A DNA stretch of 64,000 nt from Chiloscyllium plagiosum (taxonomy: Eukaryota), in NCBI RefSeq assembly GCF_004010195.1, contig NC_057728.1, positions 53,216,174 through 53,280,173 of the forward strand, written 5' to 3'. This document shows positions 37,443 to 50,499 of this stretch, in pieces; within the stretch, counting starts at the first letter, position 1, and each line of letters opens with the position of its first letter. The position numbers were made by a program, and so were the translations under genes. The notes beneath the pieces were generated by a model. That model was not told the DNA's origin. It did not search any database and was given only the letters and a program-made list of their open reading frames with translations.

Positions 37443-39690
37443 AATGGAGCAGAGATATTTCCAAATTGAATTGAGATTTTCCCCTATTGGAGCAGTGGTT
37501 AATCTCCTTTGTTGGAGATGGTGGAGCATTGTTTGGTCCCAATCAGGCAGGGTTGGTTCCCCACTGACTCTTCCCAGTGGAGAAGGCAGTGATTCTATTG
37601 CAGCAGGGATTGTTTCCAAATAGAGCAGGGATTTTCCCAAAATGGCCTAGAAATTACACTTGTTGACCAGACTTATTGGAGCAGATATTGTTCCTACTGG
37701 AGCACAGGTTGGTCCCAAGTGGAGCAGAGAAACATTGCCATTATTGCAGAGATTGTGCACAAAGTGAATAGTGATTTTTCACCATTGAAGCCAAGATTGT
37801 TTGCATTGGAGTAGTGATCTTCCCCAAATGGAGCAGAGCTTGTTACCATTAAGATTGCTCAGAGTGGAACATAGGAATAAGTGTAAACCTTCAGCCCACT
37901 CAGCACGTTTTCCTCTCTCTTCTCTGCTCTTCAGGGTGATACCTCACTTTTCTGTTTCTCAATCTTGAGCTTTTTCACAGCTTTTCATGCTCAAACTACT
38001 TTAACTGTACCTCCATATTAGCCAATTCCATTGTGCCATTGCTTGCAATACCCAAGTTCTACAAAACTCAAATGCTGTACTAGTACGTCAATTATATCTA
38101 TATTTTTAGATCTGTCAGGCAATGCTACCTCCAGTTTACCTGCCAATTCAATCAATTCAAAAGTTCACTTAAGACTAAACGGGACAAGTCTGCCACCTGC
38201 AGGAAATCCATTGTCACTTTAAGTGCCTTCTTCATATCTGCCATGCAGACCCAGGTGTTTATGTCACATTTATTAATTATTAATACTACAACCAAATCCT
38301 TGGCTTTTTTTCAAAATTAGTTAGGGAAGATGCTGCAGACTTTGCTGCACCTTATTGGGAAAGTAAGTTGGAAATTAAAACCTGCTATTCCTGGAACTAA
38401 CACAAAAATTGATTTTGTTTCTGTTAAATCAAAGTTCACAAATCAGGAATTCTTTCCCAGTGGAGCTATGTTATGTTCCCATTGAAACAAGGACAATTCT
38501 GATTGGAGTAGAGATTTTTCTCCATTGGAGCAGAGATTGTTCCCCATTGGAAAACATATAGTTCCCATTTTGAGCAGGGATGTACCCCCAGCAGAACACT
38601 GATTCATCCAAATGGACCAAAGATTGCTTTCAACTGGAGACATGATTATTCTCACTGGAACAGAGATTATTTCCAAATGGAGCAGAAAGTTTGCCCATTG
38701 GAACAGAAATTATTCTTAATCAGTTTATTCTGATTGAAGCATAGATTGTTTTATTGGAATGGATATTATTCCTATACTGTTCTCAATTATGCTGAGATTG
38801 ACCCAATTAGATTAGCGATTATTCGCAAATGGATGAACAGTGGCTTCCACTGGAACAGAACTTGTTCCAATGGGGACAAATCTCTAACCCAACTGGGAGA
38901 GTTTTTTCCATTGGAACAAAGATTGTCCCAGTTGAATTGGAAGTTTGTCCCGATTGAAAGAGAAATTTTTTTTACTTTGAAACAGAGGTTGTGTCCAATG
39001 GAGTAGAGACTGTTCACACTGGAGTAAGGATTACTCTAATGGAGCAGAGTGTGATCCCTGTTTGGAGGTTAGGTTGTTCCTAAATGGAGTAGAAATGATC
39101 CCAAACAGAGATTTTTCTACACTGCAGCAGAGATTGCCTAAAGAAGGTCAAAACAAATGAGAGAAACATTTCTTTCTTTCATTAGGAATGTCATGCGTTG
39201 AAAAAAGGCAAAAAGACAGAAATTCTGTGTTAGCTGTTATTGGCATTATTATCTGCCGACTTTCGTGATCTTCAAGTTGGTAGCCAGTCGGTTGGGCTGA
39301 GGTCTTTTTTCTGAATTAGAAATTTTCTTCCTTTTTGATAGAATTTTTGAGTGTTATTACTTTGATTCATAGAGCGAGAGAGAGAGATTTTGGTTGTTAA
39401 TTGGTTTGAAAGTCTGGATTAGAGTAATGCTGGAAAAGCACAGCAGATCAAACAGCATCTGAGGAGTAGGAAAATCGCCATTTCGGGCAAAAGCCCTTCA
39501 TCAGGAATGTCTGGCCTATTACTGTCTCCTGTCTTCTCAATGCTGTGACAAAACTACCATTTAAGATCAGTCCAAACCCTATTGCTAAATAGATCATTTA
39601 CAAACGGAGCAGAAATTATTTCTTTTGGAAAACAGATTGCTCCCATTAGTATCTTGGATTGGAAAAGAGGTCTGCTGAATTTGAACAGAT
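37443..39690. repeat. Degenerate ~22-bp minisatellite in three blocks (37443-37870, 38445-39140, 39585-39690)
   Basis: Consensus approximately TTGGAGCAGAGATTGTTCCCCA (exact at 38525-38546), recurring at ~22-bp period. Confidence 0.8.
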
Positions 39691-40427
39691 AAGAGCTAAA
39701 CTAAAAAGCAGCGTCTCTAAGGTAATAATCTTAGGATTCCTACCTGAGCCAGAACAAATTGGCATAGAGTAAAAAAAAGTCAAGGAGTTAATTGTGTTGC
39801 TCAAAGATTAGTATGGGAGGAATGCAATTCAGTTCTTTGGGGACTGACACCAATACTGGGGTAGAAGGTAATGGGATGGGTACCACTTGGATCATGCTGG
39901 GACCAATGTCCCGATGAGTTGAATATCTAGGGTTGTAGAAAGGACTTTAAACTAATTTGGGAGGGGGGAGTGAGATTGAAAAGACGAAACATATGCTACA
40001 GAAGTGAAAGGATAAGGCTGCATTGAAGGACAGCTACTTTGCTAATACCCAGAGTGGGACAGGAAGAGAAAAAGATTTACAAACCTAGAAAAACAGCAGG
40101 AAATAGGGTCCCAGGGGAAGTAAATGTTCAAAAGGCATAATTTATTGTTCTTTACTTAAATGCACTTAGTATTCAGAACTAAATTAATTAATTAACAACA
40201 CCAATGATCTCATAGTCATTATGGTGATAGTTACAAGAAGTGCAAATATTCAGGATATTTGGCTTTTCAAAAGGACAGGTATAGTAGAAGGAACGGGTGG
40301 TGTGGGAGAATTGTTAGTTAGAAGATGGAATAATTACAATAGCACCAAATGATCTTGAATTGAAAGGTGTAGAATTCATTTAGGTGGAGGTAAGAAATAA
40401 CAAGAGGAAGATAACACTGTTGGGAGT

Positions 40428-41177
40428 AGAGTCACAGAGATGTACAGCAAGGAAACATACCCTTCGGTTCAACTCGTCCATGCGGCCAGAAATCCTAAAT
40501 TAATCTAGACTCATTTACCAGCACTTGGCCCATAACCCTCTCGAGACTTCCTATTCATGTACTCATCCAGATGCCTTTGAAATATTCTAATTGTACCAGC
40601 CTCAATTACTTCCTCTGGGAGCTCATTCTATACATGCTCCACCCTTTGCATGAAAAAGTTGCCCCTTGGGTCCCTTTCAAATCCTATCCTTCTCACCCTA
40701 AATCTATGCCTTCTAGTTCTGGACTCCTCCAAACAAGGGAAAAGACTTTGTCTATTCATCCTAACTATGCTTCTCATGATTATATAAACCTCTATAAGGT
40801 CACCTTTCAGCCTCTGACGCTCCAGGGAAAACAGCCCCAGCCTATTCAGCCTCTCCCTATAACTCAAACCTTCCAACCCTGGCAACATCCTTGTAAATCT
40901 TTTCTGGACCCTTTCAAGTTTCACAACATCCTTCCGATAGGAGGGAGACCAGAACTGCACACAATATTCAAAAAGTGGCTTTACCAATGTCCTATTCAGC
41001 CGCAACATAACCTCCCACCTCCTGTACTCAATGCTCTGACCGATAAAGGAAAGCATACCAAATGCCTTCTTCACTATCCTATCTACCTGCGATTCCACTT
41101 TCAAGGAACTATGAACCTGCACTCCAAGGTCTCTTTGTTCAGCAACGCTGCCCAGGACCTTACCATTTAGTGTATAT
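40428..41177 (-). mobile_element. CR1 (HER1-like) 3' fragment
   Basis: ORF 40628-41122 includes FEYCVQFWSPSYRKDVVKLERVQKRFTRML. Confidence 0.92.
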
Positions 41178-41867
41178 GTAGTCTATAGATGCCCTAACAG
41201 AAGCGGTTCTGCAGTACAGAGAATGAATCAGGAGATAATGAGAATATGTTTCAAACAAAGGTAGTACATTAATAATGAGTGACTTTAATTTTCACGGAGA
41301 TTGGGAAAATCAAATTCGCAGATGTAGTCATGAGGAATATTACATAGAGTATATATGGAACAGTTAGCTCGAACAATATGCTGTAGATCCAACTGGGGAT
41401 GGGGCTTTTTTTCATTTTTGTGCTGTATATTGAGGCTGGTTTAATAAATAATCTCAGTGTAAAAGATCCCCTTGGAAGCAATAACCACAATATGGTCGAA
41501 TTTAGTATTCAATTTGAGCGTGACAAACTTGGATCTGCAACAGCTGTGCTAAATTTAAGTAAAGATAGTTACAAAACAATGAGGGCATAGCTGGCTGGAA
41601 TGGACTAGGATAGGAGTTCAGCAGATGTGAGCACTGCAGATGCTGGAGATCAGAGTTGAGGGGGGTGCTGGAAAAGCACAGGAGGTCAGGCATCATCTGA
41701 TGAACAGGAGAATCGACGTTTTGGGCAAGAGCTGATGAAGGGATCAGCTTCCTGCTCCTCAGTAAAGGAATAATGGCAGTTGTTTATGAAAATTGTACAT
41801 GTGTCATAACAAATGTAAATCCCAGTGAAGAAGAAGGATTCTAGGAAGGTGACAAACTGACTATGGT

Positions 41868-41930
41868 TAACCAAGGAATTTACCCCATCCATAACCAAGG
41901 AATTTACCCCATCCATAACCAAGGAACTTA
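41868..41930. repeat. 24-bp tandem duplication
   Basis: (taaccaaggaatttaccccatcca) x ~2.5. Confidence 0.85.
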
Positions 41931-42467
41931 AGAATCATTGAAAAAAATACATACAATTTGTAAAGATTGATGGCAACCCAGAGGATTGGGAAATTTAAAA
42001 TAAAAATCAGAATATAACCAAAAATAGAGGGTAGACTAACAAGTAGTGTCATAGGCCTTATTTTTTACATCCCATTAATGTTTATATCCCATGGCATTTA
42101 GAAAGAACAAGAAGCATGTAGCAGGTGGAAGGGTGACTATGTTAGTTAATGATGGATGCTAGTATCAGCCAATAAAGAGGGATGACCCAGAGTACAAAAC
42201 CAGGACATAGAGCCAGTTTGGGTAGAAATCAGAAAGATAAAAGGCAAGAAGTCACTGGGTGTGTTGTTCAAGCCCCTTAAAAGTATTCACATTGTAGGAT
42301 AGAGTATAAAGGAAAAACTATTTGGGACTGGTCAGGAAAGTACACCATTAGATTAGATTACATTACAGTGTGGAAACAGGCCCTTCGGCCATTAATAATG
42401 GACAACTTTAATCCACCTACAGACTGGAGACTCAGAGGTGCAAAGGTAACCTAGTTGAGTAGGTCAT

Positions 42468-43497
42468 GGAACAAAAACAAAAATTGCTGGAGAAACTCAG
42501 CAGATCTAGCAGCATTTGTGGAGGGAAAGCAGAGTTAATGTTTTGGGTTGGAAGGGATTATGAGCTGCAATTTCTTCCATGTCCAGTGGGATTCCACCAC
42601 CAGACGCCCTTTCCTCTCCATCCCTTGTTAGCATTCTGCAGGGACCATTCCTTCCAGGTCACACAGGTCCACTCCTCCTCCATCCCAACAGCTCCCCAAG
42701 CCTCGCAAAACCTTCCCATGCAATCGCAGAAGGTGTAATACCTGCCTGTTCACTTCCTCCCTCCTCACTATCCAGTGTTCCAGACAGACCTTCCAGGTGA
42801 AGCAGTGATTTACTTACACTTCACTCAATCTAGTCTACCATATTCACTGCTCACAATATGGTCTCCTCTACATTGGGGAGATAAAATGTCGACTGGATGA
42901 CCACTTTGTGGAACACCTACATTCTGTCCACGAAAATGACCCTGAGCTTCTGGTTGCCTGTCACTTCAAGGCACCACCCTGTTCCCTGGCCAACATCTGT
43001 CTTGGGCTTGCTGTAGTCCTCCAACAGGCTGAAAGAACTGCACTGCATTTTCCACTTGGGTGCCCTGCAGCTTTCAGGACACAATATCGAGTTAAAACAT
43101 TTTAGAACCTGAACACCTTCTTCCATGTCCAGCCCACACCCCTGATCTTGTCATGACATTGGCTGCTTTCAGTATAGCCAACCCATTCTCACCTACATAT
43201 GGTCTCTATTATCTGCTTTTCTTTCAACTAACCAGAGTCATCCACCCCTTTGTCTCCCTACCTTTCATTCTGTCTCTGTCTGGGCTCCACCTTCTGCCTA
43301 TCCGCTCACTCCTTCCTCCCTCTCCACCCTCTGACTCCGGCATTAATACCACCTTTTCTGAGCTACTGTCAGTTCTGAGGAAGGATCTTTGGACCCAAAA
43401 TGTTAACTCTGTTTTCTCTCCACGGATCTTGTCAGCTTTGCTGAGTTTCTCCAGCAATTTCTATTTTTGTCCAGCAACCGCGGTTTTTGTTTTATTT
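42468..43497 (+). mobile_element. Penelope-like element (Neptune-type) 3' part with short inverted 5' arm
   Basis: FPCNRRRCNTC Cys motif, then LVYHIHCSQYGLLYIGE (GIY-YIG). 42468-42550 is the inverse of 43390-43495. Confidence 0.8.
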
Positions 43498-44164
43498 AAG
43501 GAGATCATAGAATATTTTAAGATGGTTTCTTAAAACAGCACATTTTGGAGCCAGCAAGATTGGTAATTAATAAATGACCTCATAGTGAGGCCACTCCTAG
43601 ATGGCAGCGATGACAAATGATTAAATTTCAAATTGAGCTTGAGGGAGAGAAAAGTGGGTCTAAGACTAGTACTTAAACCTAAATAAGAGCAATTATTAGG
43701 CCTTAAAAGTAGAGGTTAGCTAAAGTTAACATATAAATTAGGTTTTGGATGAGACATTAGAAATGCAATGGCAGATTTTAAGGAAATTTTCAGAATGTAA
43801 AGAGTAGATACATTATAACAAGAAAGAAACATTGCAATGGGAGAATCTACCATCCACTGCTAACTTCAAAAATTACAGATTTAAAGCCTCACTAGCCCCA
43901 ACACCAGTCCTCTCTGGTCCTGACAAACCTTCTATCCTGCTGGCCCCAACACATTGCTTAATCACTCAAACACACGCATTCTCTACCCCATTTATTGAGA
44001 GAGGAACTGTTCTCTCTTATTGGTGAGTCTAAAAGCCCAGGGACAAAATTCGAGCTCAGGTATTGGAAATCAGGAGGAATCACACTCCCCTCCATCAACA
44101 GCAAATTCTTTAGCAGAATCCATCCAAAACACGTAGCACACCTTGACCATGAGTTTTGTTTAAT

Positions 44165-44497
44165 ATTTCATTCACAAGTTGAGGGCGAGGCCAGCAGTTA
44201 TTGCTCATCCCTAATTGCCCAGAGGGCAGGTAAGAGTTGACCATATTGCTGTGGGTCTGGAATCACATGTAGACCAGACATGGTAAGGATAGCAGTCTCC
44301 TTCCCTAAAGGACATTAGTGAGCCAGATGGGTTTTTCTTGACAATGTATTCATGGTCACCATTAGACTCGTAATTCCAGATTTTTATTAAATATAAATTC
44401 CATCATCTGCTGCGGTGGGTTTCTAACCTAGGTCCCCAGAACATAACTTTGGTCTCTGAATTAACAGTCCAGTGATAATACCACTAGGACATCACCT
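44165..44497 (-). mobile_element. tRNA-headed SINE with LINE-derived tail (copies 26450-26895, 32250-32740, 51145-51420)
   Basis: A-box-like ctagtggtatt and B-box-like ggttagaaacc. Tail gggcaattagggatgagcaataactgctggcc...gtgaatgaa. Confidence 0.8.
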
Positions 44498-44539
44498 TCA
44501 CCTATTTGCTGCCATAGAGTCATTACACTTATAGAGGAG

Positions 44540-46130
44540 GTCAAGGAATGATTGCAGTTAGACACGCCAAGAGATATGATAGGAGCAGAACATGAAACAC
44601 TTTTGGTGACTTATTGAAGGGCTTTGACACAGTAAGCCGAGAGATCCTTTGGGAGGTAATGAAGAACTTCAATTGTCCCAAGAAATGCTTTGTGATGGTT
44701 CCACAGTTCCATGGTGGCTTCGTCTTGTGTTCTGGATGATGGTGATGATGATTAGACTAGATTCCCTACGATATGGAAACAGGCCCTTTGGCCCAATAAG
44801 TCCACACCGACCCTTCGAACAGCAATCCATCCAGACCTACTCCCCACCCTTTATTTACCCCATATATAACTAATGCACCTAACACAATGGGCAATTTAGC
44901 ATGGCCAGTTCACCTAACCTGTATATCTTTGGATTGTGGGAGGAAACCAGAGCACCCAGAGGAAACGCATGCAGACATGGCTCGAATGTGCAAATTCCAC
45001 TCAGGCAATTGCCCGAGGCTGGAATCGATCCCAGATCCCTTGTATTGTGAGGCAGCAGTACTAACCACTGAGCCACCATGCTGCCTGACGAATCTTCTCA
45101 GCCATTCCCATGCTTCCCTCTACCGTGCTCTCTGTTGTCTTCCGTGATGATGATCCTAGCATTGAAATCAGGTGTTGCAAGGCTGGGAAGGATCTTGATC
45201 TGAAAGGACAAAATCTAGGCAAAGTGTAATATCTCCAAGGCAATTTCCTGTTTGCCAATGATTGTGTTCCAGCTGCCAGTTCGGTGCTGGGCCGACAATG
45301 TAGCATGTTCCTGTTCTCATTGTACAAGACAACTTTGGCCTGATGGTCTGCACAAAAGAAACTGAAGGACTGTGCCAATCTGCTCCAGGAAAGCCTTATC
45401 TGAAGCCCAAAGTGTCAGCCCCTAATCAGAACCTGTCAGCTGTGAATAAGTTCATATACTTCAAAAACCACATGCTGTCAAGCTGTCTACACTGTTGACA
45501 AGATCCTAGCAAGCAATTGTAGCCTTTGGCAGATTTGAGCATCAAAATGAGAAGGAACAGGAGTAAATGACCAAACTGAAAACCTACAGAGCAGTCACCT
45601 TGTCCACTCTGCTCTGCACATGCTAGAGTTGGACTGGGTGTCACATCAAGAAACTCAATCATTTTTACTTCAGTTGTCTTCAGAACCTCCTGAAGATTAG
45701 AAGGCAGACATGATACCAGGTACTACAGTGCTCAACAGAGCAGGCATGCCAAGCATCAACACCATTTTGGGCAGTCACAACTAAGCTGAGTTAACCCAAT
45801 AGTCAGAGATTGTCCTTTCATGATGAGCTCATGACTGAAGTGCACCCTCATGGCCATAAGACTACAAGACAGAGGAGTAAAAGCAGGATTCAACCCATCG
45901 AGTCTGCTCGGCATTTGATGAGATCATGGTTGATCAACTCCAATTTCCTGCCTTTTCCCCAGAACTCTTGATTCCCTTACTGACACAATAATTTGTCGGA
46001 ACAGAAATGGTCAATCAGCCATTCTGTCCACTCAACCATTCAATGAGATCATGGCTGCTCTGGTGCCAAGGAAAGGATAAGAAGGACCTCTGAAGACTTC
46101 AGTTAGGATATCACCTTGAGTCCTGGGAGA
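44540..46130 (+). mobile_element. Degraded RTE-clade LINE fragments, interrupted by an HE1 SINE and CR1 tails
   Basis: FGDLLKGFDTVSREILW RT motif. Later remnants resemble RTE ORF C-terminus. Many indels. Confidence 0.6.
44750..45082 (-). mobile_element. HE1-like SINE
   Basis: Head, V-domain and tail on the minus strand. Confidence 0.9.
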
Positions 46131-48600
46131 TGTTTAAACTAGATTGGCAGGGAGTGATGGAGTAGGTAGTGAATAGCCAGAGCATCCAAGGAGCAGGTAA
46201 ATTGACATTTTGGGCAAAAGCCCTTCAGTATTCCTTATGAAGGGCTTCTACCCGAAACATCGATTTTCCTGCTCCTTGGATGCTGCCTGACCTGCTGTGC
46301 TTTTCTAGCATCACCCTAATCTTGACTCTAATCTCCAGCATCTGCAGTACCCACTTCCGCCTAGTGAGTAGCCAGATGCAGCGTACAGTGAGCCTGTGAG
46401 GAGGGACAGGCACTTGACAGGGAAAACGTGCAGTCATTGTGATCGGTTGAAGTGTGTCTATTTTAACGCAAGAAATATCAGGAATAAGGGCGTTGAACTC
46501 AGAGCATGGATCAGTACTTGGAAGTATGATGTTGTGGCCATTACGGAGATTTGGATACACAGGGGAGTGAACGGTTGCTCGATGTTCCAGTGTTTAGATG
46601 TTTCAAAAGGAAAAAGGGGGAAAGTAAAAGAGGTGGGGGAGTGGAATTGCTAACCAGTGATAGTATCACAGCTGCAGAAAGGGAGGTCGTCGAGGAGGGT
46701 TTGTCTTTAGAGTCAGTATGGGTGGAAGTCAGAAACAGGGAAGGAGCAGTCACTTTATTGGCCCCCCAATAGCAACAGAGACATGGAGGAGCAGATTGGG
46801 AGGCAGATTTTGGAAATGTGTAGAAGTAACAGGGTTGTTGTCATGGGTGACTTTAACTTCTCTAATATTGATTGGAACCTCCTTAGTTCCAATAGTTCGG
46901 ATAGAGCAGTTTTTGTCAGATGTGTCCAGGAAGGATTCCTGACTCAATATGTAGATAGGCCAACTAGAGGGTGGGCCATACTGGATTTGGTGCTTGGCAA
47001 CAAGCCATGCCAGGTGTGAGATCTCTCGGTGGGAGAACATCACAACTCTGTGACCTTTACTACACGCATGGAGAGGGATAGAAGCAGACAATAAGGGAAA
47101 GTACTTAATTGGTGGAGATGGAATTACAATGCTATTAGTCAGGAACTGGGATGCCTAAATTGGGAACAGATGTTCTCTGGGAAACGCACAACAGAAATGT
47201 GGAGGTTGTTTAGGGAGCACTTGATGATGGTGCTGGACAGGTTTGTCCCACTGAGGCAAGGAAGAGATGGTAGGGTGAAGGAACCTTGGATGACAAAGGA
47301 CGTGGAACATCTAGTCAAGAGGAAGAAGGAAGCTTAATTAAGGTTGAGGAGGCAAGGATCAGACAGGGCTTGACAGGCTTACAAGGTAGCCAGGAAGGAA
47401 CGGAAGAATGGACTTAGGAGAGCTAGAAGGGAGCATGAAAAAGCTTTAGCTGGTAAGATTAGAGAAAACCCTAAGGCATTCTACACATGTGAGGCACAAG
47501 AGGATGGCCAGAGTGAGGGTAGGGCCGATCAGGGATAGTGGAGGGAACTTGTGCCTGGAGTCAGAGCAAGTAGGGGAGGTCCTTAATGAATACTTTGCTT
47601 CAGTATTCACTACTCAGAGGGACCTTGACGTTTCTGAGGACAACGTAAAACAGACTGATATGCTGGAACAGGTTGATGTTAGGAAGGAGGATGTGCTGAA
47701 AATTTTGAAAAATGTAAGGATAGATATATCCCCAAGCCTAGATGGAATATACCCAAGGGCTGTTGTAGGTCCCAAAGAGATATTGACAGGATGCAGAACT
47801 GGACTGCTAAGTGGCAGGTGGGAGCTCAACCTGGAAAAGTGTGAAGTCATTCACTTTGGAAGGTCGAAATTGAATGCAGAATACAGGGTTAAAGGCAGGA
47901 TTCTTGGCAGTGTGAAGGAACAGAGAGATCTTGGGGTCCATGTCCTTAAATCCCTCAAAGTTTCCACTCAAATTGACAGGGTTGTTAAGAAGGTGTCTGG
48001 TGTTTTGGCTTTCATTGACAAGGGATTGAGTATAAGAGCCACGAGGTTATGCTGCAGCTCAGTAGAGTCCTGGTTAGTCCACACCTGGAATATTGTGTTC
48101 AGTTCTGGTCGCCTCATTATAGGAAGAATTTGGAAGCTTTAGAGAGGGTGCAGAGGAGATTTACCAGGATGCTGCCTGGACTGGAGGGTATGTCTTATGA
48201 AGAAAGGTTGAGGGAGCCAGGGCTTTTCTCATTGGAGCAAAGAAAGATGAAAGGTGACTTGATAGAGGTGTACAAGATGTTGAGAGGCATAGAAAGAGTG
48301 GATAACTAAGGTGGAAATGGCTATCACAAAGGGACATAATTTTAAGGTGATTGGAGGGAGGTTTAGGGGAGATGTTAGAGGTAGGTTCTTTACTCAGAGA
48401 CTGGTGGGTGCATGGAATGCACTGCCAGCAGCGGTTGTAGAGTCAGATACATTAGGGACATTTAAATGACTCCTGGATAGGCACATTGGAAGTGTAGGAT
48501 ATGTCGGTTAGTCTGATCTTAGATTAGGATAAAAGGCCAGCACACCGTCAAAGGCTGAATGGCCTGTACTGTGCTGTACTGTTCTATGTACTCGGTTCTA
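46130..48600 (+). mobile_element. CR1 LINE with large internal deletion; fold-back PLE at 46182-46361
   Basis: APE domain CVYFNARNIRNK, VAITE, VMGDFN. Jumps at ~47758 from GIYPR to the post-catalytic RT region. PLE TSD tagtgaRtagccaga (46167-46181 and 46362-46376). Confidence 0.88.
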
Positions 48601-50499
48601 TATTTATGCAGCATCAGTGCGTCTGGCAGGGAAAGATTTTTTAAAAATGATGCTGTCCTCTTTGAAAGCAAGTGCATACCAGAAGTAGCGAAAAAGAGCA
48701 AGAAGAGGAACTTGAGGCCATCTGTCATCTAAAACTCTGCTTCCCATCAAATCCAGTCCTAGTTGCAGCCGAATCTCCTAGACACAGCCTTTGCAGTCAT
48801 CTGTGTGCCTAGTGGAAGCCTGACCCCATCACCAAATTGGCAACAGCAAAGGGTGAACAAGGAAATGTAAACCTGGAACACTTTTTCTCAAAAGGCTGGG
48901 GATGCTGGGGGATAATTAATGATTTTTAAGATGAGATTGGAAGAATTTTGATTGGTGAGGTTACTAAGAGTCACAGAGCCAAAGTGAATTGATGGGATTA
49001 TGATACAGATTGGCCATGATCTAATTATTCGGTCGTAAAGTTGGAGTTTTCTGTGCACAGATTAGCTGTGATTTTTCCCACGTTACAACAGTAAAGATAG
49101 TTCAGAAGTACACTGTTAGCTATAAATCCATTGGGTCATGCTGTAAGGTGCTATATAAATGCAATTCTTTTTTCTTCCCTATTTCCAGTTTTCACTTTCT
49201 GGATTATTTAAGGTCCGGTGGTACCGGTGTTGGATTGGGGTGGACAATGTCAAAAGTCAGATGATACCAGGTTATAGTTCAACAGATCTATTTGAAATCT
49301 CAAGCTTTCCGAATACTGCCCCTTCATCAGGTGAAAACTTGTGATTTCAAATAAATCCGTTAGACTACATCCAGATCATTTAACACATTGCTTGTCTAAA
49401 CTCTTCTGATGAGATTTGATGGACATGATTTGTAAACGATGACCACTGTTGCGCATTATCAACTCCAAGTACTGAAGTCCATCTGTTGACTTATTCGATA
49501 GGCTTAATGCAAACACCTGGAAACTGATTTCCAAAATATCGAACTTTGGTGAGTTTTAGGACTCAACAAAATTTTTGTGGGTCATCTTTAAAACCAGTTC
49601 ACCTTTTAAAGTTCAATATGGTGTAAGTTGCATGGATCTTTTCAACTAGATGGTGGCTACGATGGATGATATGCGGCCTTGATTAGAAACCTCTTCATAA
49701 GAACATCATTCTTCAGTAGAAATAGCAACCAGAGTAGGCCAATCAGCCTCTCATGCTCTCTTCAGCAATTCAATAAATCATGGCTCATATACTGCAACTC
49801 CATCTTCCTGCACTATCTACACATTCCTTTAACACCCAAAAATCTATTGATCTCTGTCTCAAATGCACTCAACAACTGTACATCCACAGCTCTCTGGGCT
49901 GGAGAATGTTAAGAAGAATTTTTTCCAAATATACAAATCATGAGTAGGAGTAGGCCATTTGGCCCATCAAGCTTGCTTTGTCATTGTATAAGATTGTAGC
50001 TGATCTGATTGTGACCTTACCTCCACTTTCCTGTCAACCTCTTGACTTTAATCAATCAATAACTCAGCTTTAAGAGTATTCAATGACTTTGCCTCCACAC
50101 TGTCTGGAGAAGAGAGTTCCATAGACCAATCTTCCTCTGGGAGAAGGAAACCTTTTCCCTTTGTCTTAAATGAGAGACTCTTTCATTTTAAACTGTGAAT
50201 GTTTAGTCTTCTTAGCATCTATCCTGTCAAGTTCCTTCAGGATCTTATATGTTTTAATAACAATACTTCTCATTCTTCTGAACTCCAAAGGGTATAAAAC
50301 TAACCTATACAACTTTTCCTCATAAAATAATCCCAGGACCAAGTCAAATGAACCTTCTTTGAGCTGCTTCTAATGCAATTACTGAATTTACACCACTTCG
50401 AGTCATTTTGAACACAAAGCATTAACTTTGTTTCTGTCTCCACACATGTTGTCAGACTTCCTGAGATTCTCTGGCATTTCCCAAATTTATTTTAGGTCC

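Larger units (their letters stand above)
39690..43860 (+). mobile_element. Old degraded CR1 (ORF1 esterase remnant plus ORF2 endonuclease region) with several nested insertions
   Basis: Remnants KVIILGFLPEP, HQYWGRR, DGYHL (SGNH-type ORF1) and endonuclease-like VEVRN, DPLGSNNHN. Many stops. May represent more than one copy. Confidence 0.6.

Noticed and set aside
39189..39550. Possible third solo LTR (tgtca...tgaca)
   Set aside because: No TSD could be found at the candidate termini.
37443..39690. CRISPR-like array of palindromic repeats
   Set aside because: Units are contiguous and diverged with no unique spacers, there are no cas genes, and the context is vertebrate.
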